Positions 16,024-26,125 of a stretch of 64,000 nt of DNA are shown here, in pieces. The position numbers and the translations under genes are program-made. The DNA comes from a virus. The stretch lies in the IMG/VR virus record IMGVR_UViG_3300025158_000005. The stretch is one strand, 5' to 3'. The notes beneath the pieces were generated by a model, which saw nothing but the letters and a program-made list of their open reading frames with translations, did not search any database and was not told the DNA's origin. Every line of letters starts with the position of its first letter. The first letter of the stretch is position 1.

Positions 16024-17763
16024 ATGCAAAACTTCAAAGATTTCCTGAACAACAAAGCGCGGAACGACTTCCGTGAAGAACAATTTTTCGCGCATTCGTT
16101 TAGTCGCGCTTTGACGGAATCTGAATGGATGCATCCAGAAGAATTGACAGAAGACTTGAAGGTATTCAAATCGGGCGGAAAGATCGAACATCGTTCGAAT
16201 CATCCATTCTATGACAAGGAACAAGCATTTCGTCATTATGGGACACCTTCAGAAGATAAAGAATCAACAAACAAGAACATCGAAAAATATAAAACGGAAC
16301 ATGGTAAGCAACCAGCAAAGTCTATTGTAAACACCCACTTGAAGGTGTTTGTTCATGATACTAATCCAAAAACTGCTGGCGGCGTCACTGGTATTATTCG
16401 TAATCACGGGCTGCCAGATAAAGAGCCTCCTACGGATGAAGAACGCAAAGCAGAAGCAGAACGCAACTTTGATTCGTTCTCGTCATTGAAAAAATCTAAT
16501 CCTACTGCATACGCTAAAAAGGTCAAGGAAGCCAAGGCACGTTATAAGGACGCGAAAGCATCTGAACCTCTTCGTGATACCACAAAAGGCGACACGATCA
16601 CGAATCTAAAGGGCGACAACGATTCTGAAAAGAACGGACACGTTTCTCTTGGATTTTCTGGTTCTCCTGATGTTCGTAAGCATACTGTAAATGCCGATGG
16701 AGATTACGTTCAAACGAATGCATGTCACGGCAAGGGAAATTGTGTTCACGATTGTCTAGCAAAAGGTGGATGCGGAAAGTTCGCATCAACCAAGGGGCAC
16801 CGCGGATCGTATGACCAGATGGATTCTCATAACGCGAGTTCGCGTCATGATGTTGATTTGATGATGTATCATCAACTTCATGGTATTGCAGCAAAGGCAA
16901 AGAAGGAAGGTAAAGGCGCGATTGTTCGCCCAGACACCACAACTGGTCACCAAGCGTTTACTCATTCTGATGCGATCAAGAAGCACTTTGGTGCGGATAG
17001 TGAAAACTATAAGAGCGGTAAAGGTCAGAAGATCAAGGTGAATACATACGGTAAGACGTATGGCTCAAAGTATGATACACATGACATGCGCGGAAACGAC
17101 ACAAATATTACGTTGTCGGATCAAGGTATTCCTACTCACAAGAAGGCTATTGAAGCGCATGAAGCACTAACGAAAGCCATGCGCGAACGCGGCACTCCTG
17201 GCGAAGGCAAGCACGGAAGCAGAATTGCTTTTACTGTTCTACAGACTCGTCATCCAAACACTCCAGGGGGAATGAGTGACGAAGATTATGTAAAATATGC
17301 AAAGCACGCCAATCGCGCTGATCAAGAAGATTATGAGAAAGCCAAGGGAGTTGAACGTGTTCGCCGTTATGACTTGAAGCATTCAGAACCTGAACATGGG
17401 GAATCATCGGAGTATCATGACGAAAAGAATAGGGTTGGTCGTGTTACTCATGAAGGAAAATCATACAAATATAGTGACCATGATGTTCCTCGTGCAATGG
17501 ATACCGTAGACGGAAAGAGTTCACCAACGTACATGCATGACAATCGCGGTGGAGAACTTTCTCGTCATCATAGAGAGAATCCTAACGGTCACGGCATCAA
17601 TGCAATCGCAATGGCAACATCGTCTACCAACATCAAGCATACAGAAGTTGGCAAGTCAATCTTCCATCCGATTCGTAACATTGATAAGAATCATGTTCTT
17701 CATGTGATGCATCCCGCATCTCCAGAAGCTGAACATGCACGTAAAGTCATGTCGGAAAAATGA
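16024..17763 (+). CDS. large His/Lys-rich protein with a Cys cluster, possible internal head protein
   Basis: 579 aa; MQNFKDFL N-terminus; CHGKGNCVHDCL motif. Confidence 0.7.
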   Translation: MQNFKDFLNNKARNDFREEQFFAHSFSRALTESEWMHPEELTEDLKVFKSGGKIEHRSNHPFYDKEQAFRHYGTPSEDKESTNKNIEKYKTEHGKQPAKSIVNTHLKVFVHDTNPKTAGGVTGIIRNHGLPDKEPPTDEERKAEAERNFDSFSSLKKSNPTAYAKKVKEAKARYKDAKASEPLRDTTKGDTITNLKGDNDSEKNGHVSLGFSGSPDVRKHTVNADGDYVQTNACHGKGNCVHDCLAKGGCGKFASTKGHRGSYDQMDSHNASSRHDVDLMMYHQLHGIAAKAKKEGKGAIVRPDTTTGHQAFTHSDAIKKHFGADSENYKSGKGQKIKVNTYGKTYGSKYDTHDMRGNDTNITLSDQGIPTHKKAIEAHEALTKAMRERGTPGEGKHGSRIAFTVLQTRHPNTPGGMSDEDYVKYAKHANRADQEDYEKAKGVERVRRYDLKHSEPEHGESSEYHDEKNRVGRVTHEGKSYKYSDHDVPRAMDTVDGKSSPTYMHDNRGGELSRHHRENPNGHGINAIAMATSSTNIKHTEVGKSIFHPIRNIDKNHVLHVMHPASPEAEHARKVMSEK

Positions 17764-17789
17764 TTCATTAATGAGTCATAAGTATCATC

Positions 17790-17819
17790 AAGGGAGCATA
17801 GATGCTCCCTTTTGTTTTA
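17790..17819 (+). terminator. intrinsic terminator
   Basis: AAGGGAGCAT-AG-ATGCTCCCTT followed by a T-rich tail. Confidence 0.8.
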
Positions 17820-17820
17820 T

Positions 17821-17894
17821 ATCTCACAAGTGTTTCGGTAGCACGGCGATCTCCAAAATCGCAGGGTGGAGTTCAACTCTCTAGTGAGATGCCA
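17821..17894 (+). tRNA. tRNA-Trp(CCA)
   Basis: GCGAT-CTCCAAA-ATCGC, GCCA. Confidence 0.88.
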
Positions 17895-17901
17895 AATTAA
17901 T

Positions 17902-17976
17902 GCCCGATTAACTCAGCGGTAGAGTAGCTCCCTTACAAGGAGAAGGTCGGCAGTTCAATCCTGTCATCGGGCACCA
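17902..17976 (+). tRNA. tRNA-Val(UAC)
   Basis: Loop CTTACAA, ACCA. Confidence 0.93.
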
Positions 17977-17999
17977 TTTTATTAACATGAGGAAAACGT

Positions 18000-18266
18000 A
18001 TGTCAATCAAACCAACCAAAACCAATGTTCTCGTCGCGGAAGTCAAGCGCACCACAACCACCTCTTCTGGCATCATCATTGAAGGTGCAAGAAGCGTTGG
18101 AGACACAACGTTGGCAAAGGTACTCGCTGTTGGATCAGAAGTGACTGATGTTGTCGTAGGGGATAAGGTCCTTGTCACGTGGAACAAAGCACAGGTGATG
18201 CATGTTGATAACGAACAATGTGTGCTCATGAAGCATGAGGATATCATCGGAGTTGTTGAGGAATAA
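18000..18266 (+). CDS. groES: GroES-like co-chaperonin
   Basis: IKPTKTNVLV, TTSSGIII, VLAVG, VVVGDKVL, EDIIGVV. Confidence 0.9.
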   Translation: MSIKPTKTNVLVAEVKRTTTTSSGIIIEGARSVGDTTLAKVLAVGSEVTDVVVGDKVLVTWNKAQVMHVDNEQCVLMKHEDIIGVVEE

Positions 18267-18385
18267 GACTTTATGCAACTTCACAATGTTACTCTCTACA
18301 AAATTTGGGGATATAGCTTGATTTTTATTCTCTCGCCAGTTTGCATGATTGTCAGAACATACGAATTTGTGATGGAGAAGATGAA

Positions 18386-18805
18386 ATGATTGATACTAAG
18401 ATTGGCAGAAACCGGTTGCACAACGTAATGAATGAATATCAAGGCAAGGCCTTGCGTGTGCTTTGTGTATGCTCTGCGGGCATCTTGCGTAGCCCAACGA
18501 TTGCCCGTGTTTTGTGCCGTGACTACGAAAACATCAACCCACGTGCGGTTGGTACGAGTTCCGAGTATGCATTGATTCCTCTGGATGCTGCGTTGCTTGA
18601 ATGGGCACAACTCATTATTTGTGCTAATCATGACCATGATGAATTTGTCAAGATGTCATTGAATTATGCTGGTATTGAACGTCCTCAAGCGTGTTTGGGT
18701 ATTCCAGATGATTTTGAGTTTGGCGATCCTACTCTGGAAAAGATGATCAGAAATCGCATTGAGTCTCTTGGTCTGTTTTCTAGTGAACCAAAGGCAATGA
18801 AATGA
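18386..18805 (+). CDS. low-molecular-weight phosphotyrosine phosphatase-like protein
   Basis: VLCVCSAGILRSPT (CX5R) and LGIPDDF. Confidence 0.85.
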   Translation: MIDTKIGRNRLHNVMNEYQGKALRVLCVCSAGILRSPTIARVLCRDYENINPRAVGTSSEYALIPLDAALLEWAQLIICANHDHDEFVKMSLNYAGIERPQACLGIPDDFEFGDPTLEKMIRNRIESLGLFSSEPKAMK

Positions 18806-19027
18806 AAGCGCATTATCGAAAGTATAATGATCATAGTCATAACTCTAGCACGTATCATAAGAAGGACGGTACTCCAATTCGTGATATTTTGAAATAACAG
18901 CTAAGAAAGGAACTTAAATGAAACCTCGCAACAAAGACGTGCCTGCAATGATGACACGAAAATGCGGAGCGCATGGGAAAAAGTAAGAAGGCCATGCTTG
19001 GGCACGAAACAATGCAACACAATAAAA

Positions 19028-19102
19028 CCCTTGCAAGTGTAACAGGTGACACACCAGATTCTTACTCTGGGGAACGCAGTTCAAGCCTGCGGCAAGGGAC
19101 CA
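19028..19102 (+). tRNA. tRNA-Lys(CUU)
   Basis: CCAGA-TTCTTAC-TCTGG, ACCA. Confidence 0.88.
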
Positions 19103-19107
19103 CATGT

Positions 19108-19183
19108 GGGGGTGTCATATAATGGCGCATTATCTTCGGCTTTTACCCGAATGATCAGAGTTCGATTCTCTGCGCCCCCACCA
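19108..19183 (+). tRNA. tRNA-Lys(UUU)
   Basis: TTCGG-CTTTTAC-CCGAA, ACCA. Confidence 0.9.
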
Positions 19184-19220
19184 TTAGCAAATGATTTTCT
19201 GACAAGAGTTATTCGCTAAT

Positions 19221-19296
19221 GGACAACGATGGAGCTAGTGAACCACGCAGTCTGCAAAACTGTTGTTGCTCGGAGCGCAACCGAGGTTGTCTTCCA
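19221..19296 (+). tRNA. tRNA-Cys(GCA)
   Basis: GCAGT-CTGCAAA-ACTGT, U73; atypical T-loop AGCGCAA. Confidence 0.8.
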
Positions 19297-19309
19297 TATA
19301 AAGGTTAAT

Positions 19310-19387
19310 TGGGGATTCGCCTAGTCTGGTCTAAGGCACGGGTCTTTGAAATCCGCATCACTGGTCCAAATCCAGTATCCCCTGCCA
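19310..19387 (+). tRNA. tRNA-Gln(UUG)
   Basis: Loop CTTTGAA, GCCA. Confidence 0.9.
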
Positions 19388-19393
19388 AATAAT

Positions 19394-19467
19394 GCTCTCA
19401 TAGTATAGTGATATTACACTCCCTTGGTACGGGAGTAACCGGTGTTTGACTCACCGTGAGAGCACCA
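19394..19467 (+). tRNA. tRNA-Thr(GGU)
   Basis: CTCCC-TTGGTAC-GGGAG, ACCA. Confidence 0.88.
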
Positions 19468-19477
19468 ATCAAAGAAG

Positions 19478-19525
19478 TTGGCAATAATTCGCCAAGTCTG
19501 TAAGATGTAGTCATTGAGTTAGGAG
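19478..19525 (+). repeat. early promoter plus RBS cassette
   Basis: 42 nt identical to 20254-20295; TTGGCA-17-TAAGAT...AGGAG. Confidence 0.85.
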
Positions 19526-19531
19526 AACAAC

Positions 19532-19840
19532 ATGAAACTGTTTATTGACGATGAACGCAATCCTGTTACGAACGACTGGATCATTGCCAGGAGTTCTTTT
19601 GATGCGTCGCGTATTGTTACCATTCACGGAATTCCAGAAGAAATCGCATTCGATCATGACCTTGGTGGTGCTGATACAACAAAGAAATTTCTTTTTTGGT
19701 TGAATGAATTTATGTTGGACCATAATGAGAAGTTTCCGAAAGATTTCAAGTTTTCGGTACACTCGCAAAATCCTGTTGGCGCGAAGTTCATCAATGACTA
19801 TATGACGAGTTTAATCAATTATCATGGAGTTGAAGAATGA
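19532..19840 (+). CDS. cyclic-phosphate-processing receiver-like domain protein
   Basis: LFIDDER, FDHDLG, VHSQNPVGA. Confidence 0.8.
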   Translation: MKLFIDDERNPVTNDWIIARSSFDASRIVTIHGIPEEIAFDHDLGGADTTKKFLFWLNEFMLDHNEKFPKDFKFSVHSQNPVGAKFINDYMTSLINYHGVEE

Positions 19841-20244
19841 GACTGTATACATTCGTAAATTATTATCTGTCGAGCATTCAACAAGGCATTCAGACTGCTC
19901 ATATTGTATCTGAAATGAGCAACTACAGCGAAAACTTTCCAGATTATTTTGAATGGGCAAGTTGCCATAAAACCATTATAGTGTTGAATGGAGGCAACAA
20001 TAAAAATATTAATGAGATCATTAACTTTCTAAGTACATATGATGAATATCTTTCCGTGTTTTTTGATGAAGATCAGGAATCATTGGGAGGACTGACAACA
20101 TCAGTTGGAATCATTGTTCCAGAGAAAATTTGGTCTGCGATTGATTCATGTCGCACCGAGGAAGACCAGAGTTGGAAGTCTAATCTACTCTCACGCGATA
20201 TCAAACTCGTTGAATTCATTGCATTTTTTAGCCTTGCGCGATAA
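19837..20244 (+). CDS. PTH2-like peptidyl-tRNA hydrolase fold protein
   Basis: GIQTAH, W...KTIIVL, TSVGI pattern. Confidence 0.6.
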   Translation: MRLYTFVNYYLSSIQQGIQTAHIVSEMSNYSENFPDYFEWASCHKTIIVLNGGNNKNINEIINFLSTYDEYLSVFFDEDQESLGGLTTSVGIIVPEKIWSAIDSCRTEEDQSWKSNLLSRDIKLVEFIAFFSLAR

Positions 20245-20247
20245 TTG

Positions 20248-20295
20248 TTGACGATAATTCGCCAAGTCTGTAAGATGTAGTCATTGAGTTAGGAG
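20248..20295 (+). repeat. early promoter plus RBS cassette
   Basis: TTGACG-17-TAAGAT; duplicate of 19478-19525. Confidence 0.85.
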
Positions 20296-20302
20296 TTAAA
20301 TC

Positions 20303-20611
20303 ATGAACGCCTCTTTTTCGCGTAGACTAGCAGTTGATGAGTTGACTGAAACCTTGAAGTTTGGTGGTCTAGATGATGCATATGGCATTCAAGAAACAAA
20401 GCAAACTGACGCAAAGGGAAAATCATACTACAACGTCTTGTTTTGCAAGACAAAAGTTCTTGACGGTGCAATCAATGTGTACTCTGATCGTTTTATTCTG
20501 GTCAAGTGGATGACTCAGTTCCGTGATATGCCACAAAAGGGTCAGGAAGTTTTCAAGTCGGTAGCATCGGCTAAAAAGTTCATTCAAGATAAAGTTGATG
20601 GAGTCTTATGA
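20303..20611 (+). CDS. hypothetical early protein
   Basis: Follows the promoter/RBS cassette. Confidence 0.7.
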   Translation: MNASFSRRLAVDELTETLKFGGLDDAYGIQETKQTDAKGKSYYNVLFCKTKVLDGAINVYSDRFILVKWMTQFRDMPQKGQEVFKSVASAKKFIQDKVDGVL

Positions 20612-20999
20612 TCATCTGGAAATTGCTGGTCATTATTGGTCGACCTCCAAAGTGTTCATGGACTCGTTTGATAAAAGTTGGTATGTCGATGCATACCGCC
20701 GGGATTACACCAGTACTAGCAATAAGATTCAGATTACTTAGAGAATTCCGAATCATCTACAACCACAGACGATTGTAAATGATTCTTTGTGTGGATTCAA
20801 AATTGAAGATTTCACCGGCACGAAGCATACGAAATGGTGGCATGTCGAGGATCCGCGTGGTTTCTACTCGTCAATTTCGTCCGAGTGTTTGTTTAATCTC
20901 TTGATGACGTGTACAATTGTCAATGGATGTATTCAGGACGAATTGGCTTGGCTTACAAAAACGCAGTTAGTGAAAGTATAAAAAAGAAAGGAAAGTATT

Positions 21000-21503
21000 A
21001 TGCATGCACCGGAAAATATTGATCTAGCAGAAGTTATTTCCTACGCGGAATCTGTTGGACCCGAATCACGTATTTACATCGGTTGCGACTCCGAAAAGTT
21101 GAAGATCGATGGTGAATGGTATGCAGATTATTGTGTTGCTGTTGTTGTTCATATCAACAACTGTAACGGTGGTAAGGTGTTCGGCGCCATCACTCGGGAA
21201 CGAGTATACGACAAGAATCCAAAGCGCCCATCGTTGCGTTTGATGCGCGAAGTACAATTGATTGCCGATTTGTATCTACAATTAGCACCAGAAGTTTTAA
21301 ACGATATCGAGATTCACTTGGATATCAATCCTAACGAGATTCATGGGTCATCTTGTGTTATCAGTGAAGCAACAGGATACATTCGTGGAATGTGTCAGGT
21401 TGAACCAAAGGTGAAGCCAGAAGGTTGGGCCGCATCATACACCGCAGACTTGTTGAAGCGTATCATGAACTATAAGTTGGGCGAACCCGCAGTATTTTCT
21501 TGA
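21000..21503 (+). CDS. RNase H-like YkuK (DUF458) family protein
   Basis: IYIGCDS, RLMREV, EIHLDIN, KPEGWAASYTAD. Confidence 0.85.
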   Translation: MHAPENIDLAEVISYAESVGPESRIYIGCDSEKLKIDGEWYADYCVAVVVHINNCNGGKVFGAITRERVYDKNPKRPSLRLMREVQLIADLYLQLAPEVLNDIEIHLDINPNEIHGSSCVISEATGYIRGMCQVEPKVKPEGWAASYTADLLKRIMNYKLGEPAVFS

Positions 21504-21832
21504 GGTGTTATTATGGGTATAGGAATTTCACCAATTTCAAACGGTTATTCGTTTACGTTCGATTCGAGAAATCCAGATCCGGCAAAGTTCATTATACAAC
21601 ATGCAGCACAAGACGGGAGATTTTTAGTTGCATAGATTAAGTATCTCGGTTGTACGAATTATGGGGGTCGAAAGATAATTGTCTTCAAGGACATGGCGTT
21701 GGTAGAATTACAATCAATGTCATGGATAGACCCTCATTTTTCAGAAGATTCAAAAGTATTTGTAAGATTCTCTCCAACAAAAGCCGGTTGGGACGCGGCA
21801 TGACAATTGATTGCTGCACTAAAGTAATAAAT

Positions 21833-21912
21833 GGCTAGTTGGCTGACTGATGTTAAGCGGGTTCCTCATAAGGACTGTCAACAGGAAAGTTTGATTCTTT
21901 CACTAGCCACCA
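21833..21912 (+). tRNA. tRNA-Met(CAU), elongator-like (Ile2 not excluded)
   Basis: Acceptor GGCTAGT/ACTAGCC, loop CTCATAA, ACCA. Confidence 0.8.
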
Positions 21913-21942
21913 TCAATCGGAGTACAATGTACTCCTCAAACT

Positions 21943-22033
21943 GGAGGGTAAAGCAGTCGGGGACTGCGGCAACCTGCTAAGTTGTGCGTCCCGTGAAGAA
22001 CGGGATTCGGATCGAGACCGATGCCCTCCTCCA
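21943..22033 (+). tRNA. tRNA-Ser(GCU)
   Basis: GCAAC-CTGCTAA-GTTGT, long variable arm, CCA. Confidence 0.88.
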
Positions 22034-22098
22034 TCTATTTTTGACATCCCCTAACTATTACTGTTATAATATTACAACAAAAGTTAAAGTAAACTCAC

Positions 22099-23259
22099 AT
22101 GGCAACAAAGAAAAAAGTAAATACGTTATTCGGCGATCTTGTTTGGGATGACCCAAAGTTGGCTAATCGTGATCATCCTCTAGATCACTGGCTAGGTATG
22201 CCAGAATTTGAACCAAAATCATCAGAGGCTTGGCATACTGTTCGCTTTGAATTTGACTCGCAAAAAGATGTTGATTCATTTGAAGAACTTATTGACCAAA
22301 AAATATCTGACGGAACTAAGTCTTTGTGGCATCCTAGACTAATTTCTGATGATTATACAAGCATAAGATATGTTTCCGATCGATCAGAACAGCATCAACC
22401 AAAGTATCCAATCTATATTCCTTCTAAGGGCAGATGGGACATTCGATTAACATCTGACACGTTAATTCGGATGGGATGTAAGCATTATATGATTGTCGAA
22501 GAATCACAATATGAAAATTACAAGGAGCATGTTGATCCTGAATGGGTAACTCTCCTGATTCTTCCGCAAAAGTATCTTGACGAATATGATACATGTGACG
22601 ATCTTGGTGCAACTAGATCGAAGGGACCTGGGGCTGCACGGAACTTTGCTTGGGACCATTCTACTGCATTAGGATACAAACGTCATTGGGTATCTGATGA
22701 TAACATTAATCACTTCTATAGACTGAACGGAAATAAGCGTGTGATTGTTTCTGATGGTGCAATTTTCAGAGCAATGGAAGATCATGCTGACCAGTACACT
22801 AATGTCTACATGAGTGGCCCACATTATAGATTCTTTGCTGTGCCTTCTGATCATCTGGTACCCTTTGCTATGAACACTAGAATCTACTCCACCAACTTGA
22901 TTCTAAACGATATTCCGTTTAGATGGCGCGGGAGATATAACGAGGACACAATCTTGTCTCTTGATATTCTAAAGGCGGGCGGGGTAACAATTCAGTATTA
23001 TGCATTCCTTACCGGCAAGGCAGTAACTCAAGCAATCAAGGGAGGAAACACCGCAGAGTTTTACTCAAAAGAGGGAACGTTGCCCAAGTCACAGATGTTG
23101 GAGAACGTATATCCAAAGTATGCCCGAGTGAAGTGGCAGTATGGTCGTTGGCACCATTACGTTGACTATAATTCGTTTAAGACGAACAGATTGGTTAGGA
23201 CTGATGATGTTGTGTTCAAGGGTCTTAATGAGTATGGTATGGAACTAAAAACACTATAG
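22099..23259 (+). CDS. GREB1/TET-associated glycosyltransferase-like protein
   Basis: YPIYIPSKGR, GPGAARNFAWDHS, HWVSDDNI, YNEDT. Confidence 0.75.
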   Translation: MATKKKVNTLFGDLVWDDPKLANRDHPLDHWLGMPEFEPKSSEAWHTVRFEFDSQKDVDSFEELIDQKISDGTKSLWHPRLISDDYTSIRYVSDRSEQHQPKYPIYIPSKGRWDIRLTSDTLIRMGCKHYMIVEESQYENYKEHVDPEWVTLLILPQKYLDEYDTCDDLGATRSKGPGAARNFAWDHSTALGYKRHWVSDDNINHFYRLNGNKRVIVSDGAIFRAMEDHADQYTNVYMSGPHYRFFAVPSDHLVPFAMNTRIYSTNLILNDIPFRWRGRYNEDTILSLDILKAGGVTIQYYAFLTGKAVTQAIKGGNTAEFYSKEGTLPKSQMLENVYPKYARVKWQYGRWHHYVDYNSFKTNRLVRTDDVVFKGLNEYGMELKTL

Positions 23260-23268
23260 GAGAATGAC

Positions 23269-23478
23269 ATGGCAGTAGGGCACTACTCTAATCCAGATGG
23301 TATTCCAGATGAAGCAAAAAAGAAAGGTGAATGTAGATCAATCAACATGAGATTCGCATCAGAACAGGACATGATTGACTTCGTTGCTAAAACAGGCATC
23401 AAAATCAATGAAAAAACAAATACTTACAAGTTCACAAAGACTAATCTTGATGAATTTTTCAGTAAATACAGTATTTAA
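23269..23478 (+). CDS. small protein resembling the N-terminal module of the upstream gene
   Basis: MRFASEQDMIDFVAKTGIKINEKT resembles FEFDSQKDVDSFEELIDQKISDGT. Confidence 0.55.
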   Translation: MAVGHYSNPDGIPDEAKKKGECRSINMRFASEQDMIDFVAKTGIKINEKTNTYKFTKTNLDEFFSKYSI

Positions 23479-23742
23479 ATCAGTAAACTACATAGGTGCA
23501 TTTATTTTCTTTTAAAAAATCTTGGTCTATAGTTGATTCACGATGATTAATAGTGGTCTTTGTACTAAACCACCAATGAGTTTTATCATGAAAAACGTTG
23601 AAATCAAATCACGCACCTTCAAGAACGAAGTGGAGTCTGGCCGGGAAGTCAGTGGTGCCAACGACTTCTCAAGCATCTTGACAATAATTCGTTGGTTGTG
23701 TAACATGAAGTCATTGAAACAGTGACTGAAGAAGGAAACAAC

Positions 23743-24141
23743 ATGGCATATATGTCTCAAGAGAAAAAATCCAAACTGTCACCCGATATCAAAGCAGTCA
23801 TGAAAAAGTATGGCTTGAAGGGTTCGATTGCTGTCCGCAATCACTCAACATTGGTTGTCAACATCAAGAGTGGTTCGATTGACTTCATCGGAAATTTTAA
23901 CGAAGTCAACGAACACTTTCGCCCAAATTTTCAGAAGGCTACGGTTAGTCTGTCCCCTAACCCTTACGGGTATTCTGAGCATTTCAGCGGCAAAGCTAAG
24001 GAGTGTTTGGCTGAACTGTTTACCGCCATGAATATCGGCAATCATGATAACTCTGACATTCAAGCCGATTATTTTGATGTGGGTTGGTACGTTGATGTTA
24101 ATGTTGGACAATGGGTTAAGCCTTACATTCTGGAGAAGTAA
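23743..24141 (+). CDS. conserved phage early protein
   Basis: MAYMSQEKK...DNSDIQADYFDVGWY; promoter near 23678. Confidence 0.75.
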   Translation: MAYMSQEKKSKLSPDIKAVMKKYGLKGSIAVRNHSTLVVNIKSGSIDFIGNFNEVNEHFRPNFQKATVSLSPNPYGYSEHFSGKAKECLAELFTAMNIGNHDNSDIQADYFDVGWYVDVNVGQWVKPYILEK

Positions 24142-24142
24142 G

Positions 24143-24340
24143 ATGAAACCAACAGTAACCGCATACTTATCTGATCGTCTTGTGGTTGAGTGTGATGAGA
24201 ATTATGAACACCACCTCCCTGATCCGATACATAGAATTGATTATCAAACTGGGGTTGTTAGATTAGAGTTTCCAATTGATGATTCTTCACTGGTGGCACT
24301 TAGAGTGTCTGGAGTTGAATTAAAATATATACGGGGTTAA
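24143..24340 (+). CDS. hypothetical protein
   Basis: Coupled ORF. Confidence 0.45.
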   Translation: MKPTVTAYLSDRLVVECDENYEHHLPDPIHRIDYQTGVVRLEFPIDDSSLVALRVSGVELKYIRG

Positions 24341-24637
24341 CATGACGTACTTAACTGCAACAGATGCTAGAAATATTGCTAGACAACCCTATGACAGATA
24401 TTATGATGAAGCATTCAGATTGAGAATGCCGCAAGGCTAGGTAAATTTTCTACAGAACTTCGGGGTCAATTTTGGCAAAATAAAGATTCTGATCATTTTA
24501 GACGAGTAGTGATTAAACTAGAAAACTGTGGTTTCGATGTACGGTTTATGTCTGGAAAAGGTCTTATTGTTCCGATACCATACACCGTCGTTGAGCGGTA
24601 AGTTAATTTTATTAATGAGAAATTGATAGATGTTGAC

Positions 24638-24689
24638 TTGACAATAATTCGACACTCATGTAAGATGTAGTCATAGTCACTTAGGAGCA
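24638..24689 (+). repeat. early promoter plus RBS cassette
   Basis: 52 nt with 2 mismatches to 32229-32280. Confidence 0.85.
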
Positions 24690-24694
24690 ACAAA

Positions 24695-24925
24695 ATGTCT
24701 GTCAAGCAAAACTGGTTCAACACATTGAACGAATCCCTTGAATCGGAAGGTTTGGTTGAGATGTGGCCACCTGGGCTGAACGTCAACTACGACCAAACAC
24801 AACGTTGCATCATTAAAACTGGCGAACTAAAAGGCAAACAACAGGTTCCTCGCACAATGCTGATTTCCATCTATCGTAACGAACGTGGTATGTTCGAACG
24901 CCCGCTTCATTACTACACGAATTGA
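24695..24925 (+). CDS. hypothetical early protein
   Basis: Follows the promoter cassette. Confidence 0.65.
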   Translation: MSVKQNWFNTLNESLESEGLVEMWPPGLNVNYDQTQRCIIKTGELKGKQQVPRTMLISIYRNERGMFERPLHYYTN

Positions 24926-24928
24926 CAG

Positions 24929-25153
24929 GTGAATAAAATGACAATGTACACGAACATCAATTTTCAACCCAAGAAGGCATTAAAAGAAGCAGTCGCCGAT
25001 GGTAAGAAGATCAGTTATTATCAACCCGGCCCATGCGGCGGTAATGAAATTCAGAACGGAAATATTACCGCCGAAGGACCACATTATCCTCAACCACACA
25101 AGTGGTGGGCAGAGTGTAAGGTTGAAAATGGGTATATCGTGAAGGTGAAGTAA
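24929..25153 (+). CDS. conserved phage hypothetical protein
   Basis: KKALKEAV...EGPHYPQPHKW. Confidence 0.65.
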   Translation: MNKMTMYTNINFQPKKALKEAVADGKKISYYQPGPCGGNEIQNGNITAEGPHYPQPHKWWAECKVENGYIVKVK

Positions 25154-25356
25154 TGGAACATTATGTTCTAGTTTTTATGATCATAACCGGAAGGCCGACC
25201 GATAACATACATAATTTCATCGAAGCGTCTTCCTACGAACAATGCCAAGCTGGCATTACTGAACTTGAACGACTGCGAAAACTTGACGTTCGGCATGGTA
25301 AAAATGTCAAACTAAATGCGCTTTGTGTTTCTAGGAAAGTACTAAAGGAAACATGA
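25153..25356 (+). CDS. hypothetical protein
   Basis: Coupled ORF. Confidence 0.5.
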   Translation: MEHYVLVFMIITGRPTDNIHNFIEASSYEQCQAGITELERLRKLDVRHGKNVKLNALCVSRKVLKET

Positions 25357-25700
25357 TGAAGTTTAGAATTCCCATCTATGACAGTGTGTTACATTACGTC
25401 AAGACATGCGAAGAGTTTGATCAGATTTGTGAAGACTGTGATATCGATGAACATGCGGAAGACTTCCAGGTTGGATTGTTTGCGCAGGGTCATGCCGAGG
25501 ATGGTTCGATGGTCTATATTATCGGGCATTTCGATGGTTGCACTGGGACGTTGATCCACGAACTGTCACACCTCTGTTTAGATATCATCAAATATCGAGG
25601 ATTCTCTGCCCATGCCGGCAACGGCGAACCTTTCGCGCATCTAATGGACTGGTTGTACCGCGTACTAACAAAAGAAGTGGTCATTGAATACCGTGAATGA
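25353..25700 (+). CDS. HExxH zincin-like protein
   Basis: TLIHELSH...EPFAHL. Confidence 0.65.
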   Translation: MMKFRIPIYDSVLHYVKTCEEFDQICEDCDIDEHAEDFQVGLFAQGHAEDGSMVYIIGHFDGCTGTLIHELSHLCLDIIKYRGFSAHAGNGEPFAHLMDWLYRVLTKEVVIEYRE

Positions 25701-26125
25701 AGGAAACAAAATGAAAAAGGTTGTTATTAGACTCGATGGAACTGGCAAACACGATGGACGAGCATTAAAAGAAACTAAAACTAACTAAAGGAAATATTAT
25801 ATGCAAAAAGTATCACTTCCGGGGCAATACAAGCGTGTGGCTGCATTGATCGATGACAAGAATCTTCGTCGTGCGTATATCAAGGCGATGATTGATGCAG
25901 AATCAACATACCAGTATCAAAAGAAGCGGACTGGTAAGGAACGACAGGAAGATCGACGCGAATCAAACTAAGCAATATTTCGATCCACAGTCTGGCATCA
26001 TATATTGAAACTATGATTGAAGAATGTGGTTTCGATGAATGGGTCATGCCAGACATCGTGATTATTATCACTTGAATAACCGACTTGGTGTGTAAACAAA
26101 TTACGTTATAATGACTAAATACTAG

